This document shows positions 16,942 to 25,938 of a DNA stretch of 64,000 bases, piece after piece. Origin of the DNA: a virus (taxonomy: Duplodnaviria > Caudoviricetes); IMG/VR virus record IMGVR_UViG_3300037424_000993, positions 1-64,000 of that record, one strand, 5' to 3'. Under the pieces are notes generated by a model. That model ran no database searches, was not told the origin of the DNA, and saw only the letters and a program-made list of their open reading frames with translations. The position numbers and the translations under genes were made by a program. Within the stretch, counting starts at the first letter, position 1, and every line of letters starts with the position of its first letter.

Positions 16942-17246
16942 CGTTTCGCCTCTCTCTGCCGGTACGCCTCCAACAGCGAATCCTTGATTTCCAGAGCTTC
17001 ATCAGCGATGCGCAGCTGACGCTGAAGCTGCGCGACTTCGTCAGCTAGCTTGTTCAGCTCGACAACGACCCAGCTCCAGTCGCGCACGAAGGTGTTGTCC
17101 TCCGGCTCGCCCCTGTCCGCGCCGAGCTCGCGCAAGGTGCCGTCGGGCATGCGCTCGCAGAGTGAGGAACGCTCAGATTCTGAGTAGCCGAGCAGCTTCG
17201 CGGATTCGCGCGGGTTGAGGACTGTGAAGCGGGGGGTAGGGGTCAT
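16938..17246 (-). CDS. Hypothetical protein
   Basis: Coupled by overlaps on both sides; coiled-coil C-terminus. Confidence 0.55.
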   Translation of the reverse strand: MTPTPRFTVLNPRESAKLLGYSESERSSLCERMPDGTLRELGADRGEPEDNTFVRDWSWVVVELNKLADEVAQLQRQLRIADEALEIKDSLLEAYRQREAKR

Positions 17247-18088
17247 AGTCCCGAGCCTTTCGGCCACGTTCGCCCGCAGCGCGGGCAATAATGAAGCCCG
17301 TAAGATGTCCTGCTAACAAACTCGCCGCAGTGGCTGCACTCTCTTCCTCCGCTCATCTGAGGCCGTATCGCGTCGTCTGCTACTAGCAGTTTCATTGCTC
17401 TAGCAATTTTGCGGAGCGCCGTGGCCTCGATATGCCGAACGGCTTCCCTGCTACGACCTATCGAGGTACCCACTTGCTCCAGCGTCTGAGGAGCAATCCA
17501 GCACTCATGAATTTCCATGTCGACGCAGTCGAAGCAAACCGGCTCAATACATGAGAGACAGCCGAAGCCGGTCGTGAAAAGCGCGTCGCACGTAATGCAC
17601 TTGTATTGATAGTCTTTCGGGGCCTGAAGTTGCCGCAGCGGCGACGAAGAGAATGGACTTGCTTCTTCGACATCGTTTGCTTGCGCGAACGAGACAGGAA
17701 GCGCCAAGTCGATCGTGACGCCTAGGTTTTCAGCGCAACGGTCAGCTATGTCGGACTTGTGCCTTTCGTCACTCCATCGCGAATACAGCGCACCAGTGGC
17801 GTCGAACATGAGCGCAAACCCAGAGCGGAAGTTGGCGCGCGTCCTGGCCCACCGAGCACTGGCACACTCAGAGCACATGGACTCGCGACCGTCGTAGGCT
17901 GCGCGGTTCAAATAGGCAACGGCGCGAATGGCCCACCTGCCGCACTCGCACTGCAGCAGCCACCGATTGCCGCTCTCGGTACGCTCCGCACAGCGGACAG
18001 CGGTCAGCAGTCCAAACTTGCGCCCGGTGATGTCGTGACCCTTGCCGATTGGCGACTCTTCGGGCAACCGCTGGCAGATTGCCATCAT
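17243..18088 (-). CDS. Multi-domain protein with sigma-70 region-4-like HTH and Zn ribbons
   Basis: DITGRKFGLLTA..WLLQCECG N-terminus; TLEQVGTSIGRSREAVRHIEATALRKI; CSHC/CPRC. Confidence 0.65.
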   Translation of the reverse strand: MMAICQRLPEESPIGKGHDITGRKFGLLTAVRCAERTESGNRWLLQCECGRWAIRAVAYLNRAAYDGRESMCSECASARWARTRANFRSGFALMFDATGALYSRWSDERHKSDIADRCAENLGVTIDLALPVSFAQANDVEEASPFSSSPLRQLQAPKDYQYKCITCDALFTTGFGCLSCIEPVCFDCVDMEIHECWIAPQTLEQVGTSIGRSREAVRHIEATALRKIARAMKLLVADDAIRPQMSGGRECSHCGEFVSRTSYGLHYCPRCGRTWPKGSGL

Positions 18089-18939
18089 GCCTCCGCACCC
18101 GTCGTTGGTTCAGGCAACAGAAAGTTCAGCTGCAGCATCTTGCGGCCAAACTTGTGGTCAAACTTCGCCCAGAACTCTTCCTTGCTGCCGACCGTTTCGG
18201 CGATTGTCGTGATGCTCGGTATTGCGCCGCGCAGACGTTCGCGAGCTACCGGCTGCAGGAACTGGTGATGGTTCGCGCCGAACTTAGGATCCGGATTGCG
18301 CTCCTTGAGTATCCGGTAAACGTCTGCTCCGAGCAGCGTCTTGTAGATCCGCTCGTAGGTGCTCGCTAGCCAGGCCGGTTGGGCTCCGCCGTCCCATAGC
18401 TCACCGTGCAGCTTGCACATGGCCCGCACGAAGTCTCGGGGCCACATCAGATCCCATTCGCAGCTGGTCAGGGCCAACACCTGCCGCGCGAGCCACGGAA
18501 TGTTCTGCTCGCGCTCGTAGGCCTCCTTCGCCGCCAGGAACACATGGATGATGGCCCACAGCAGGGCGTTGGCTGTCTTCGTCTCCGACTTGGCCGTAAC
18601 GAAGAGCGCCTCGTCCATCTTCAGCCAGTATTCGGTGACGGGGTATTCTCGATATGCCGGCTTACCGTCTGCCGTTTTTGCGCCAGTTCTTTGGCGCCCC
18701 ACCGTGGGGCGGCTAAAAACACTCGGCAATTCGCCATCTTTTTTGAGGCGTTCAATCAGCTCACGGATTTTCCTTGGCCGCTCGAATCCAAGGCGTTTCG
18801 CAAGCTCGACGTCAAGAACGCGACGCTCTTCATCGTCGAAGCCGTGAACACCGATCGGCCACTCGAGGAAGCGGACTACGGTGATTCGGTCAGACTTGAC
18901 CGTGTCACCGGCGGCGTTAGTGGCGATTGTGTGGCTCAT
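18085..18939 (-). CDS. Antirepressor-like protein with P63C-type C-terminus
   Basis: LAKRLGFERPRKIRELI N-terminus; LKERNP..HHQFL C-terminus; next to the repressor. Confidence 0.7.
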   Translation of the reverse strand: MSHTIATNAAGDTVKSDRITVVRFLEWPIGVHGFDDEERRVLDVELAKRLGFERPRKIRELIERLKKDGELPSVFSRPTVGRQRTGAKTADGKPAYREYPVTEYWLKMDEALFVTAKSETKTANALLWAIIHVFLAAKEAYEREQNIPWLARQVLALTSCEWDLMWPRDFVRAMCKLHGELWDGGAQPAWLASTYERIYKTLLGADVYRILKERNPDPKFGANHHQFLQPVARERLRGAIPSITTIAETVGSKEEFWAKFDHKFGRKMLQLNFLLPEPTTGAEA

Positions 18940-19175
18940 GCGTCGGGCTCCTCGGTGTCAGGAGCCGGGCCCAAGACTGGCTCGGTCCACTCAAGCATCG
19001 GGATCCCCAGCATCTGCTCAATCTGAGCCATCAAGTCGGCTGACGGCCGACCGATTCCCATCACCCACTTGCTTACCGCTTGCGGGGAAACCCCTAGTTT
19101 TTGGGCTAACTCGGACTGCGACATGACCTTTGGCCGAAGCGCCTCCGAGAGCCGCCTCGAGGCGATGCTCTGCAT
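18936..19175 (-). CDS. Cro/CI-like XRE HTH repressor (79 aa, no peptidase domain)
   Basis: MSQSELAQKLGVSPQAVSKWVMGIGRPS. Confidence 0.85.
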   Translation of the reverse strand: MQSIASRRLSEALRPKVMSQSELAQKLGVSPQAVSKWVMGIGRPSADLMAQIEQMLGIPMLEWTEPVLGPAPDTEEPDA

Positions 19176-19183
19176 GAGTAGGG

Positions 19184-19217
19184 TACTCTTACAACCGTAA
19201 GCGTAACCTGTCAACCG
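19184..19217 (-). promoter_or_regulatory. Leftward promoter/operator (copy 1 of the 34-bp inverted repeat)
   Basis: TTGACA-17bp-TAAGAG; exact reverse complement of 19261-19294. Confidence 0.75.
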
Positions 19218-19260
19218 TCTATTTTGAGTCGCCTACTATCGACACGAGACCAGGAACTCT

Positions 19261-19294
19261 CGGTTGACAGGTTACGCTTACGGTTGTAAGAGTA
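19261..19294 (+). promoter_or_regulatory. Rightward promoter/operator (copy 2 of the 34-bp inverted repeat)
   Basis: TTGACA-17bp-TAAGAG containing the palindrome CTTAC-N4-GTAAG. Confidence 0.75.
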
Positions 19295-19299
19295 ACCGT

Positions 19300-19464
19300 A
19301 TGACCTGGACACAACTCACGCTGCACCTACCGGGCGGCATCCGGCTGGAGCTACTCAGCCTGTACCGTCCCCCAACCAAATGCCCGACTCTCCCGCCGCC
19401 AGCGGTCATTGAGACGCAGGGCAAAACGCTCGCGGACATCATCCCCATCCGGCGGGCCTCGTGA
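19300..19464 (+). CDS. Small hypothetical protein, probably leaderless
   Basis: ATG lies 7 nt after the -10 box; stop overlaps the next GTG. Confidence 0.5.
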   Translation: MTWTQLTLHLPGGIRLELLSLYRPPTKCPTLPPPAVIETQGKTLADIIPIRRAS

Positions 19465-19670
19465 GCACCTACACCCCCGGCGACGCCGCCGAATACGGCT
19501 GCCTGTCCTGCGGCAAGCTGCCCCCCGTCCGCGGCTCGGCAAGCGCCAGCTACTGCTCGCTCGAGTGTCTCCACGACGGTGAGCATTCTGGCGACTCCTG
19601 CGAAGACTGTCCGGACTGTCGCGAGATTCGCGGCGAGGACGACATTGCGGACGAGCGAGGTGCAGCGTGA
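19461..19670 (+). CDS. Cys-rich hypothetical protein
   Basis: CLSC, YCSLEC, CEDC. Confidence 0.55.
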   Translation: MSTYTPGDAAEYGCLSCGKLPPVRGSASASYCSLECLHDGEHSGDSCEDCPDCREIRGEDDIADERGAA

Positions 19671-19888
19671 CCGCCCTCGACTCACCCCTCAATGATTCGC
19701 GAGATGCGTTCCGACTCAACGTGAAGGCAGACATCGACCGCGCAGCGCGCGAAAACGCGGAGCTTGCCGCGGCGTTGCAACGCGCCTGGGAGCGCGGCGA
19801 CGTTGAGCAGGCCAAATGGCTGCTGGAGAGGCAAGTCCAGAAGGTGACGACGCTGCAGCTGAATCTGTTCACTCCGGAGGCACCATGA
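19667..19888 (+). CDS. Hypothetical protein
   Basis: Coupled ORF. Confidence 0.55.
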   Translation: MTALDSPLNDSRDAFRLNVKADIDRAARENAELAAALQRAWERGDVEQAKWLLERQVQKVTTLQLNLFTPEAP

Positions 19889-20328
19889 GCCACATCGAAG
19901 GCACGTTCGAGTGGGTGAAAGGTGTTCGCGTCGACTGGTTCGTTGAGATCGATCCAGACGACGACCCCAAGCGTCCCAACGTAGGATTCAGACTCCGTTA
20001 CGCTGATTTGTCCGACGACGAGCAGCCCACTGGGGAGCAGTGCAAACTCGACCCGGCCAGCGGCGACTTGATCGACTGGCCTTTTTGGGGAGGCCCGATG
20101 CTCGAGCTCCAAGACATGCTGCGGGACTCGATTGGCGAGACACTGTCGGTGTGCCCGGTTTGCGATGAGCTGGTGTGTACCACCGCGCACCAAGGCTGCT
20201 GCTCTAGCGACTGCCTAACGACATTCTGCGAGCGCTCGCACGAGGCGTTCTGCGAGGACTGCTATGGTGGGTCTGGACCCGTGACGGCGCAGGAGCGGTG
20301 GGACGCGGTACGGAGGGAGAAGCTATGA
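19885..20328 (+). CDS. Hypothetical protein with Cys cluster
   Basis: GGAGG RBS; CPVC, CCSSDC. Confidence 0.6.
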   Translation: MSHIEGTFEWVKGVRVDWFVEIDPDDDPKRPNVGFRLRYADLSDDEQPTGEQCKLDPASGDLIDWPFWGGPMLELQDMLRDSIGETLSVCPVCDELVCTTAHQGCCSSDCLTTFCERSHEAFCEDCYGGSGPVTAQERWDAVRREKL

Positions 20329-20600
20329 TTCCGCGAAGCGCTTGCGTCGGCTGCCGCGACAACTTCTACAACGGCCCCATGGGCGACAATGGCCGCTGCT
20401 GGCACGCAAAGAGCGGCAAAATGCAAACGCGCTATCGGATTTACAGTCATGTGCGTCCGACTGAGCCCTATGCATTTCATGAGATGCGCGTGCCTAGTTG
20501 CTACGGCGAGCGCGGGGCTGTCTTTTACAATGTGCTGCCCAATGTCGTCTCGCTCAAAAACGTGGTTCGCAGCAAGCGCATCGACAAGGAGTCCAAGTGA
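20325..20600 (+). CDS. Hypothetical protein
   Basis: ATGA overlap; CVGC motif. Confidence 0.55.
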   Translation: MIPRSACVGCRDNFYNGPMGDNGRCWHAKSGKMQTRYRIYSHVRPTEPYAFHEMRVPSCYGERGAVFYNVLPNVVSLKNVVRSKRIDKESK

Positions 20601-20881
20601 GCTGGCAGCGCGGAGACCGAGTCTGGTACGAGCCGAGCGAGAGCATCCGCTTCGCTGGGATTGTGCTGGGTGATGGCAGCTGCGCGGGTTCGGTGCGGAT
20701 GCTGTTGACAGGGCACTATTTCCGTTGGCGCTGGGTCAACTCCGCGCGATGCGGAGGACCGACTCCGCCGCCGTTCAAGAACGATGTAGCTCCAGCGATT
20801 GGCGCGGAGCGTCTTTGTGTTCGCGAGTGCTACCTCAGCATGGACGCCGAGTTCAGCAAGCGGGAGGAAACCGATGGCTAA
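20597..20881 (+). CDS. Hypothetical protein
   Basis: GTGA overlap; GGAG RBS. Confidence 0.5.
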   Translation: MSWQRGDRVWYEPSESIRFAGIVLGDGSCAGSVRMLLTGHYFRWRWVNSARCGGPTPPPFKNDVAPAIGAERLCVRECYLSMDAEFSKREETDG

Positions 20882-21044
20882 CTGCGAACACCCACGCATC
20901 ACGCCCGCGCTCTACGCCGACTCGCCGCGCGCAGATCGCGAGCTCGTGCGGGTTCGCTGCGTCGACTGCGGGCAGTCGTGGCTTGAGTGCACGATGGGCG
21001 AGCGTAAGCGGCGGCGTAACGGGACTGTTGAGGTGCGGCCGTGA
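20874..21044 (+). CDS. Small Zn-ribbon protein
   Basis: GGAGG RBS; CEH and CVDC. Confidence 0.5.
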   Translation: MANCEHPRITPALYADSPRADRELVRVRCVDCGQSWLECTMGERKRRRNGTVEVRP

Positions 21045-21328
21045 CTCCCCAACCCACAACCCCAGCAGGCCACCGCGCCCTAGCCGACGTCGACGGCCCG
21101 CGGTCGCGCGCAAAGAGCTACTTCGCCGAACTCATGGGCAGCGAACTCACGTCGGAGATGTGCTTCGCCACCCGCGTCGTTTGGGCTCTCGAGGGGCACG
21201 AGTTGGACGCGAGGACTCGGCGCTGGCTTGAGGCGCTAACGGTGAGTTTTGACGTTGAGAGAAGGCTAATGGCGGCTGTCGCGCTCGGGCTGATCCGGGG
21301 TGATGGGCGCAGGAGAGTAGTACGGTGA
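21041..21328 (+). CDS. Hypothetical protein
   Basis: Coupled ORF. Confidence 0.5.
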   Translation: MTPQPTTPAGHRALADVDGPRSRAKSYFAELMGSELTSEMCFATRVVWALEGHELDARTRRWLEALTVSFDVERRLMAAVALGLIRGDGRRRVVR

Positions 21329-21993
21329 AAGACTTTTTCAGAAAACAATGGGACCAGGTGCCCACGGTGTGGATCGATACAGAAACGACTGGCGTCGTTG
21401 CTGGCGTTGATCGCGCGTGCCAGGTTGGTCTGGCGAGATTCGAGAACGGCAAGTGCGTTGACTCGAACGTATGCGAGATCAACCCTGGTATCCCGATCCC
21501 GCCAGAGGCCACCGCGATTCACGGCATTGTAGACGCTCAAGTTGCTGGCGCTCCGACTATCGCGGAGTTTTTTGCAGACCCGCGCACGGTTCAGTTGCTC
21601 GAAGGTGCACAGCCCGCTGCATACAACGCACCTTTCGACCGGCAATTCGTTCCACCGTTCGGTGACTGGACCTGGCCATGGCTCGACTCATTGTCGATCG
21701 TTCGTGTTTCGGATCGGTTCGCCAGCGGAAAGGGTCGCCACAAGCTGGAAGCGGCGTGTCAACGCCACGGCGTAGCATTACCGAACGCGCATGATGCCGG
21801 TTCTGATGCGCGCGCCGCTGGAGAGCTGTTCTATGTCCTGGTGCCGAAGCTAGCAGGACTGGAGCGCATCGCGGTCAGCTCTGACTGTTCGCTCGGCTGG
21901 CTTCTCTCGTGGCAGCGCCACCGTGAAGCTGACGAGTGGTTCCGATTTCACGAGTGGCTTAGCAGGCAGCCGCCGATGGACGGTGCAGCATGA
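21325..21993 (+). CDS. DnaQ-like DEDDh 3'-5' exonuclease
   Basis: IDTETTG, AYNAPFD, HDAGSDA. Confidence 0.9.
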   Translation: MKDFFRKQWDQVPTVWIDTETTGVVAGVDRACQVGLARFENGKCVDSNVCEINPGIPIPPEATAIHGIVDAQVAGAPTIAEFFADPRTVQLLEGAQPAAYNAPFDRQFVPPFGDWTWPWLDSLSIVRVSDRFASGKGRHKLEAACQRHGVALPNAHDAGSDARAAGELFYVLVPKLAGLERIAVSSDCSLGWLLSWQRHREADEWFRFHEWLSRQPPMDGAA

Positions 21994-22925
21994 CAGCAGC
22001 ACAGCAGACAGGACGCCCGTACGTCGTGATCGGTTCCGCCGAAGATGCCGACTGGCACAACGCTAGGCGCGGCGGCATAGGCGCCAGCGAGATTGCCGTC
22101 GTCATGGGCGAGTCTCAGTGGCAATCGATTTTGGAGCTCTACTACAAGAAAACCGGCGAGTACTCACCGGAAGAGACCGACGAAAGCGAGTGGCTGCTGT
22201 GGGGCAGAAAGCTTGAGGATGCGATCCTTTCCGAGCTGTTCGAGCGCGCAGGCGCCACGTGCGACAGCACGCAGCCTCACCTGCGCAGCACGGTGCACCG
22301 TTGGTGTCTCGCTACTCCTGACGCTATGACAACGCACGGAGAGCCAGTGGAGGCGAAAAACATAGCATGGGGCTATGACCCAATGGAATGGGCCGAGCGC
22401 ATCCCAGAGAAGTACTACCTACAGACCCAGCAGCAAATGCTGGTCACCGGCGCCAATCGTTGCCTGTTCGGCGCGCTGCTTTGGGGCTCCAAACTGATCT
22501 GGGAATGGGTGCCACGAGACGAGGCAACGATCGCGCGCATCATCGATGCTGGGTCCGCGTTTTGGTCTCGGGTGCAACGCCGTGACCCACCGCTGAGCGA
22601 CGGTCACCCGGGCGCGCGCAAGGTGCTGGGCATCCGCGCAAACGTTGATGAGGATGTCGAGTTGTACGAGCCAGAGATCGAGGAAATGCTAGCGTCGTAC
22701 GAGAACAGCAACACGGACTTGAAGGACTTGCGCGGACAAGTGCGCAGGCTCGAAAAGCAGCGTGACGCCTCAATGGACGCCATCGCGCAGAAGATGGGCT
22801 CATCCCGCAAAGGGTACACCGCCACCGGTTGGTCATTCCGATGGGAAACGGAAGAACGCCGCGGTTACACCGTAGAACCCAAGACGATCGAACGATTCAA
22901 AATCAAAGCGCCAAAGGCGCAGTAA
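21990..22925 (+). CDS. YqaJ-like viral recombinase exonuclease
   Basis: WHNARRGGIGASE, WGRKLE, ATPD, VEAK, Y..QTQQQM. Confidence 0.9.
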   Translation: MTAAQQTGRPYVVIGSAEDADWHNARRGGIGASEIAVVMGESQWQSILELYYKKTGEYSPEETDESEWLLWGRKLEDAILSELFERAGATCDSTQPHLRSTVHRWCLATPDAMTTHGEPVEAKNIAWGYDPMEWAERIPEKYYLQTQQQMLVTGANRCLFGALLWGSKLIWEWVPRDEATIARIIDAGSAFWSRVQRRDPPLSDGHPGARKVLGIRANVDEDVELYEPEIEEMLASYENSNTDLKDLRGQVRRLEKQRDASMDAIAQKMGSSRKGYTATGWSFRWETEERRGYTVEPKTIERFKIKAPKAQ

Positions 22926-22934
22926 GGGAGAGCA

Positions 22935-23831
22935 ATGGCAGCAGTTAAAACACAGCGCAACGGAGAGATCGTGCGCAATGGGAACAGCGGAGGCAGTGGC
23001 GGCGCAGAAGTCGGCCTCGCTAAGTTCGTCGAGAATCACGCGCAGGACTTCGCGCGAGTTCTGCCCAAACACATGACGCCTGACCGCATGGTGCGCCTTG
23101 CGGTTAGCGCCGTTCGCACAACTCGCCACCTCGACAAGTGCACTGTTCCAAGTTTCGCGGGCGCCATTATGGCGTGCTCAACGTTAGGGCTGGAGCCCAA
23201 CACGCCGCTCGGCCACGCGTATTTGATTCCCTTCAAGAACAACAAGAAGGGGGGAATTTACGAGTGCCAACTTATCGTTGGGTACAAGGGTCTTACAGAG
23301 CTCATGTATCGGTCTGGCATCGTGGCTAGTGTAAAATGCAATGCTGTGTTCGAGGGCGACGAGTTCAGCTACGAGCTGGGGCTGCATCCCGACATCATCC
23401 ACCGGCCACACTCGGAGGCTGGTCGTTGCGACCCCAACAAACTCACGCACGTCTACCCGGTTGTGCAGCTGCGAGAAAAGGGGCTGGAGCCAATATGGGA
23501 TGTGCTCAGCCGTGACCAGATCGAGCAACGCCGAAGGCGCAGTCGCGCCAGCGGAAGCGGTCCGTGGGTCACTGACTACGAGGCAATGGCGAAGAAAACG
23601 GGCATTCGCTCGATCGCGACGTGGGTGCCTAGCAGCGCTGAAAGAACAGCCCCGCTCGCGGCTGCCATAGGCTACGAAGAAGCCAACGAACGTGGCCAGG
23701 GGCAGCGTGCAATCGCCGCTCTCGGGGACGCGGCGCAAGAGGCGCTCTACGACCTGGGAGCGTTCCCGACGGAAGACGATGAGGATGAGGAACACGAAGC
23801 CCCGTCACGCGAACCCGGGGAAGAGGGATAG
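22935..23831 (+). CDS. recT: RecT single-strand annealing recombinase
   Basis: LGLEPN.LGHAYLIPF, IVGYKG, MAKKT.IR. Confidence 0.92.
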   Translation: MAAVKTQRNGEIVRNGNSGGSGGAEVGLAKFVENHAQDFARVLPKHMTPDRMVRLAVSAVRTTRHLDKCTVPSFAGAIMACSTLGLEPNTPLGHAYLIPFKNNKKGGIYECQLIVGYKGLTELMYRSGIVASVKCNAVFEGDEFSYELGLHPDIIHRPHSEAGRCDPNKLTHVYPVVQLREKGLEPIWDVLSRDQIEQRRRRSRASGSGPWVTDYEAMAKKTGIRSIATWVPSSAERTAPLAAAIGYEEANERGQGQRAIAALGDAAQEALYDLGAFPTEDDEDEEHEAPSREPGEEG

Positions 23832-23836
23832 ACTGC

Positions 23837-23887
23837 GCCCGCCCTGCCGCCTCACCACCCCCATCGGCAGGGCGGGCCTTATTTTTG
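23837..23887 (+). terminator. Intrinsic terminator after recT
   Basis: 13-bp stem GCCCGCCCTGCCG/CGGCAGGGCGGGC followed by CTTATTTTTT. Confidence 0.75.
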
Positions 23888-23895
23888 GAGAGAAC

Positions 23896-24525
23896 ATGAG
23901 CAAGAAAACATCGGCCGAGACCGAGCCTAAGCTAGTGCTGGATCCCACAAAACCCGCCCGAAGCGCTCAAGCTCACCGACGCTCTCATTGCTGCAGAGCG
24001 GGAAACGAGGGAGAAATGACCGACAAGTCCGTCATCCGCGCTCACCTAGAGTGCGCCCAGAAGGGTTATGCGGTGCATGTTACGTGCCTCGGCCCGGCTA
24101 CGTGGAGCGACGAAACCGAGGACTACTACTGTCATCGGTGCGCTAAGCGTGTGCCGTTCGGGCTCGTGTGCGATCCCCCTGGGCACGACTACTACGAGCG
24201 TGATGTTGCGTATTTGCTGGAGCTGCTCGAGGCAGAGCGCCGGGCGAACGCGCATGCAATCGCGGAGCTGTGCGGGCAGGTGAATTCGCTGCGTGACTGC
24301 GGACAGGACCGCGTCTGCGCTACTCCTCCAGGCTGCTGTAGGCACTGGGAGGAGCGCAACAGGGAGCTCGTTGGGCAACTCGAAAACGCTCTGGACGCCT
24401 CTAACGAAGGCGCTTGGATGGCGCGTGCCCTTGATGCCGAAAGAGAACTTGCTGCCGGTCGCAGCGAGGCCGATCGGTTGACCACTTCCCTGCGTCTCGC
24501 CAACGAAGCCCCGCGCAGTAGGTGA
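23896..24525 (+). CDS. Hypothetical coiled-coil protein
   Basis: GGAG RBS; alternative start at 24016. Confidence 0.55.
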   Translation: MSKKTSAETEPKLVLDPTKPARSAQAHRRSHCCRAGNEGEMTDKSVIRAHLECAQKGYAVHVTCLGPATWSDETEDYYCHRCAKRVPFGLVCDPPGHDYYERDVAYLLELLEAERRANAHAIAELCGQVNSLRDCGQDRVCATPPGCCRHWEERNRELVGQLENALDASNEGAWMARALDAERELAAGRSEADRLTTSLRLANEAPRSR

Positions 24526-24526
24526 T

Positions 24527-24778
24527 TTGATGACCCGCCACACGCTCAACATCGACGGTTGGCAGCTCGAGTACAACGACTACGAAGGGCTCGTCGGCTC
24601 CACCAGAATCAGCTCCGCAAATGGCGATGTCGACGTGGATATGGAAGACGACCTCGTGCACATCGAGTGGACCGAGAGCACTGATTATTGCTATGGCGCA
24701 GCAACGCGCTCGGTCCGTGTCCCCGTTGCCGTCTTAGAGCAGCTGCTGGAGTGGAGGCGCGGCGATGCCCAACGCTGA
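24527..24778 (+). CDS. Hypothetical protein
   Basis: Operon position. Confidence 0.55.
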   Translation: MMTRHTLNIDGWQLEYNDYEGLVGSTRISSANGDVDVDMEDDLVHIEWTESTDYCYGAATRSVRVPVAVLEQLLEWRRGDAQR

Positions 24779-24965
24779 ATCAATCCGCCCACCACTCCCC
24801 GAAGTGACCCGTAAACTCAGGGAGCACTTGGACCGGCACCAGGACGCTCTACTCCACGCCCAGGCCATCCGGCGCGAGCACTCATCAGAGCGGCAGTTGC
24901 TCCGGGAGGCCATTAGCGACCTGCGACGTTGGCGGGAAAGCCAGGCTGGCGCACGCCAGACCTGA
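24765..24965 (+). CDS. Hypothetical protein
   Basis: Overlaps the upstream gene end; GGAGG RBS. Confidence 0.5.
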   Translation: MPNAESIRPPLPEVTRKLREHLDRHQDALLHAQAIRREHSSERQLLREAISDLRRWRESQAGARQT

Positions 24966-25062
24966 ACGCCCCATCAGCACAAATCCCACGCAATTCCGGG
25001 GCGATGTCGATTTGTTGAAATAGCCCTGGACTGTCCGTACGCCGTACGTAATACTGTATCTC

Positions 25063-25395
25063 ATGACACGGACGGAACACAGGGCGCGCAAAAACCGGGA
25101 GAGCCTGAGCAAGAGGCTCGGCAAGACCGGTCGCCAAATCAAGGCCCGCGACGCTCACCGCTGTGTCTACTGCGGGGCCTCCCATGACGGGATGCACCTT
25201 GACCACCTGACCCCCCGCTCCAAGGGTGGGGAGGACACACCGCAGAACTTGGCCACTGCCTGCCGACGCTGCAATTGCGCGAGGCAGAACATGACCTTGG
25301 CCCAGTGGGCAGCATATGCTCAGGTCAAATTCGGCCTCGTTTTCACTGCCCGTCAAATCCGCGGCCAAGCCCGCAGGAGGCTGCCAGCATGCTGA
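25063..25395 (+). CDS. HNH endonuclease
   Basis: CVYCG, LDHLTPRSKGG, NLATACRRCN. Confidence 0.88.
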   Translation: MTRTEHRARKNRESLSKRLGKTGRQIKARDAHRCVYCGASHDGMHLDHLTPRSKGGEDTPQNLATACRRCNCARQNMTLAQWAAYAQVKFGLVFTARQIRGQARRRLPAC

Positions 25396-25610
25396 TCAAG
25401 GACACCAAACTCACGGCCCAGCTGATCCGCTGGCTGCGGCAGTCGCACGACGACGGACAACCCGAGCTAGCGGTCCGTTACGTGGGGACCGGCGTGCACA
25501 CAGACGTCGAAGTGCTCCGGCAAGACGGCTCGGAGCCCAGTGAGACAGAGACACTCGAGATTCAGGCGCGGATGGCCGCGCATGCAGTAACCAACAGGAG
25601 AGACCGATGA
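25389..25610 (+). CDS. Hypothetical protein
   Basis: GGAGG RBS; coupled. Confidence 0.55.
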   Translation: MLIKDTKLTAQLIRWLRQSHDDGQPELAVRYVGTGVHTDVEVLRQDGSEPSETETLEIQARMAAHAVTNRRDR

Positions 25611-25849
25611 ACAGCATTGCAGACCGCATCAATCACCAGGACGCGCAGATATTGGCTCAGCACCCGACTGTAGTGCGTCGCGTCGAGAGTCACGGGACGA
25701 TCTACGAGATGCGCCTAAGCGACGATGGCGATGCCATCCTGACATTCGGAGGACGTCTCTTGATCGGACCAAGTTCTCGAGAGTACGTCGAGTCTGCCGG
25801 GCGGGTGTATCTAGATACTAGTTGGAGCGTCGATCTGCCGCTGTCTTGA
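25607..25849 (+). CDS. Hypothetical protein
   Basis: AGGAG RBS; coupled. Confidence 0.55.
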   Translation: MNSIADRINHQDAQILAQHPTVVRRVESHGTIYEMRLSDDGDAILTFGGRLLIGPSSREYVESAGRVYLDTSWSVDLPLS

Positions 25850-25938
25850 CCGCTCCCCTGCCGCTCACTTCGGTCTGCGGTGGTGATAGCGGACATTGAT
25901 GGACAGAGCCCCCTTGGGGGCGGAAAGTGAGATTGATA

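Noticed and set aside
19218-19260. Established invertible phase-variation switch
   Set aside because: The spacer has no obvious directional element and there is no invertase nearby; inversion is only a possibility to test.
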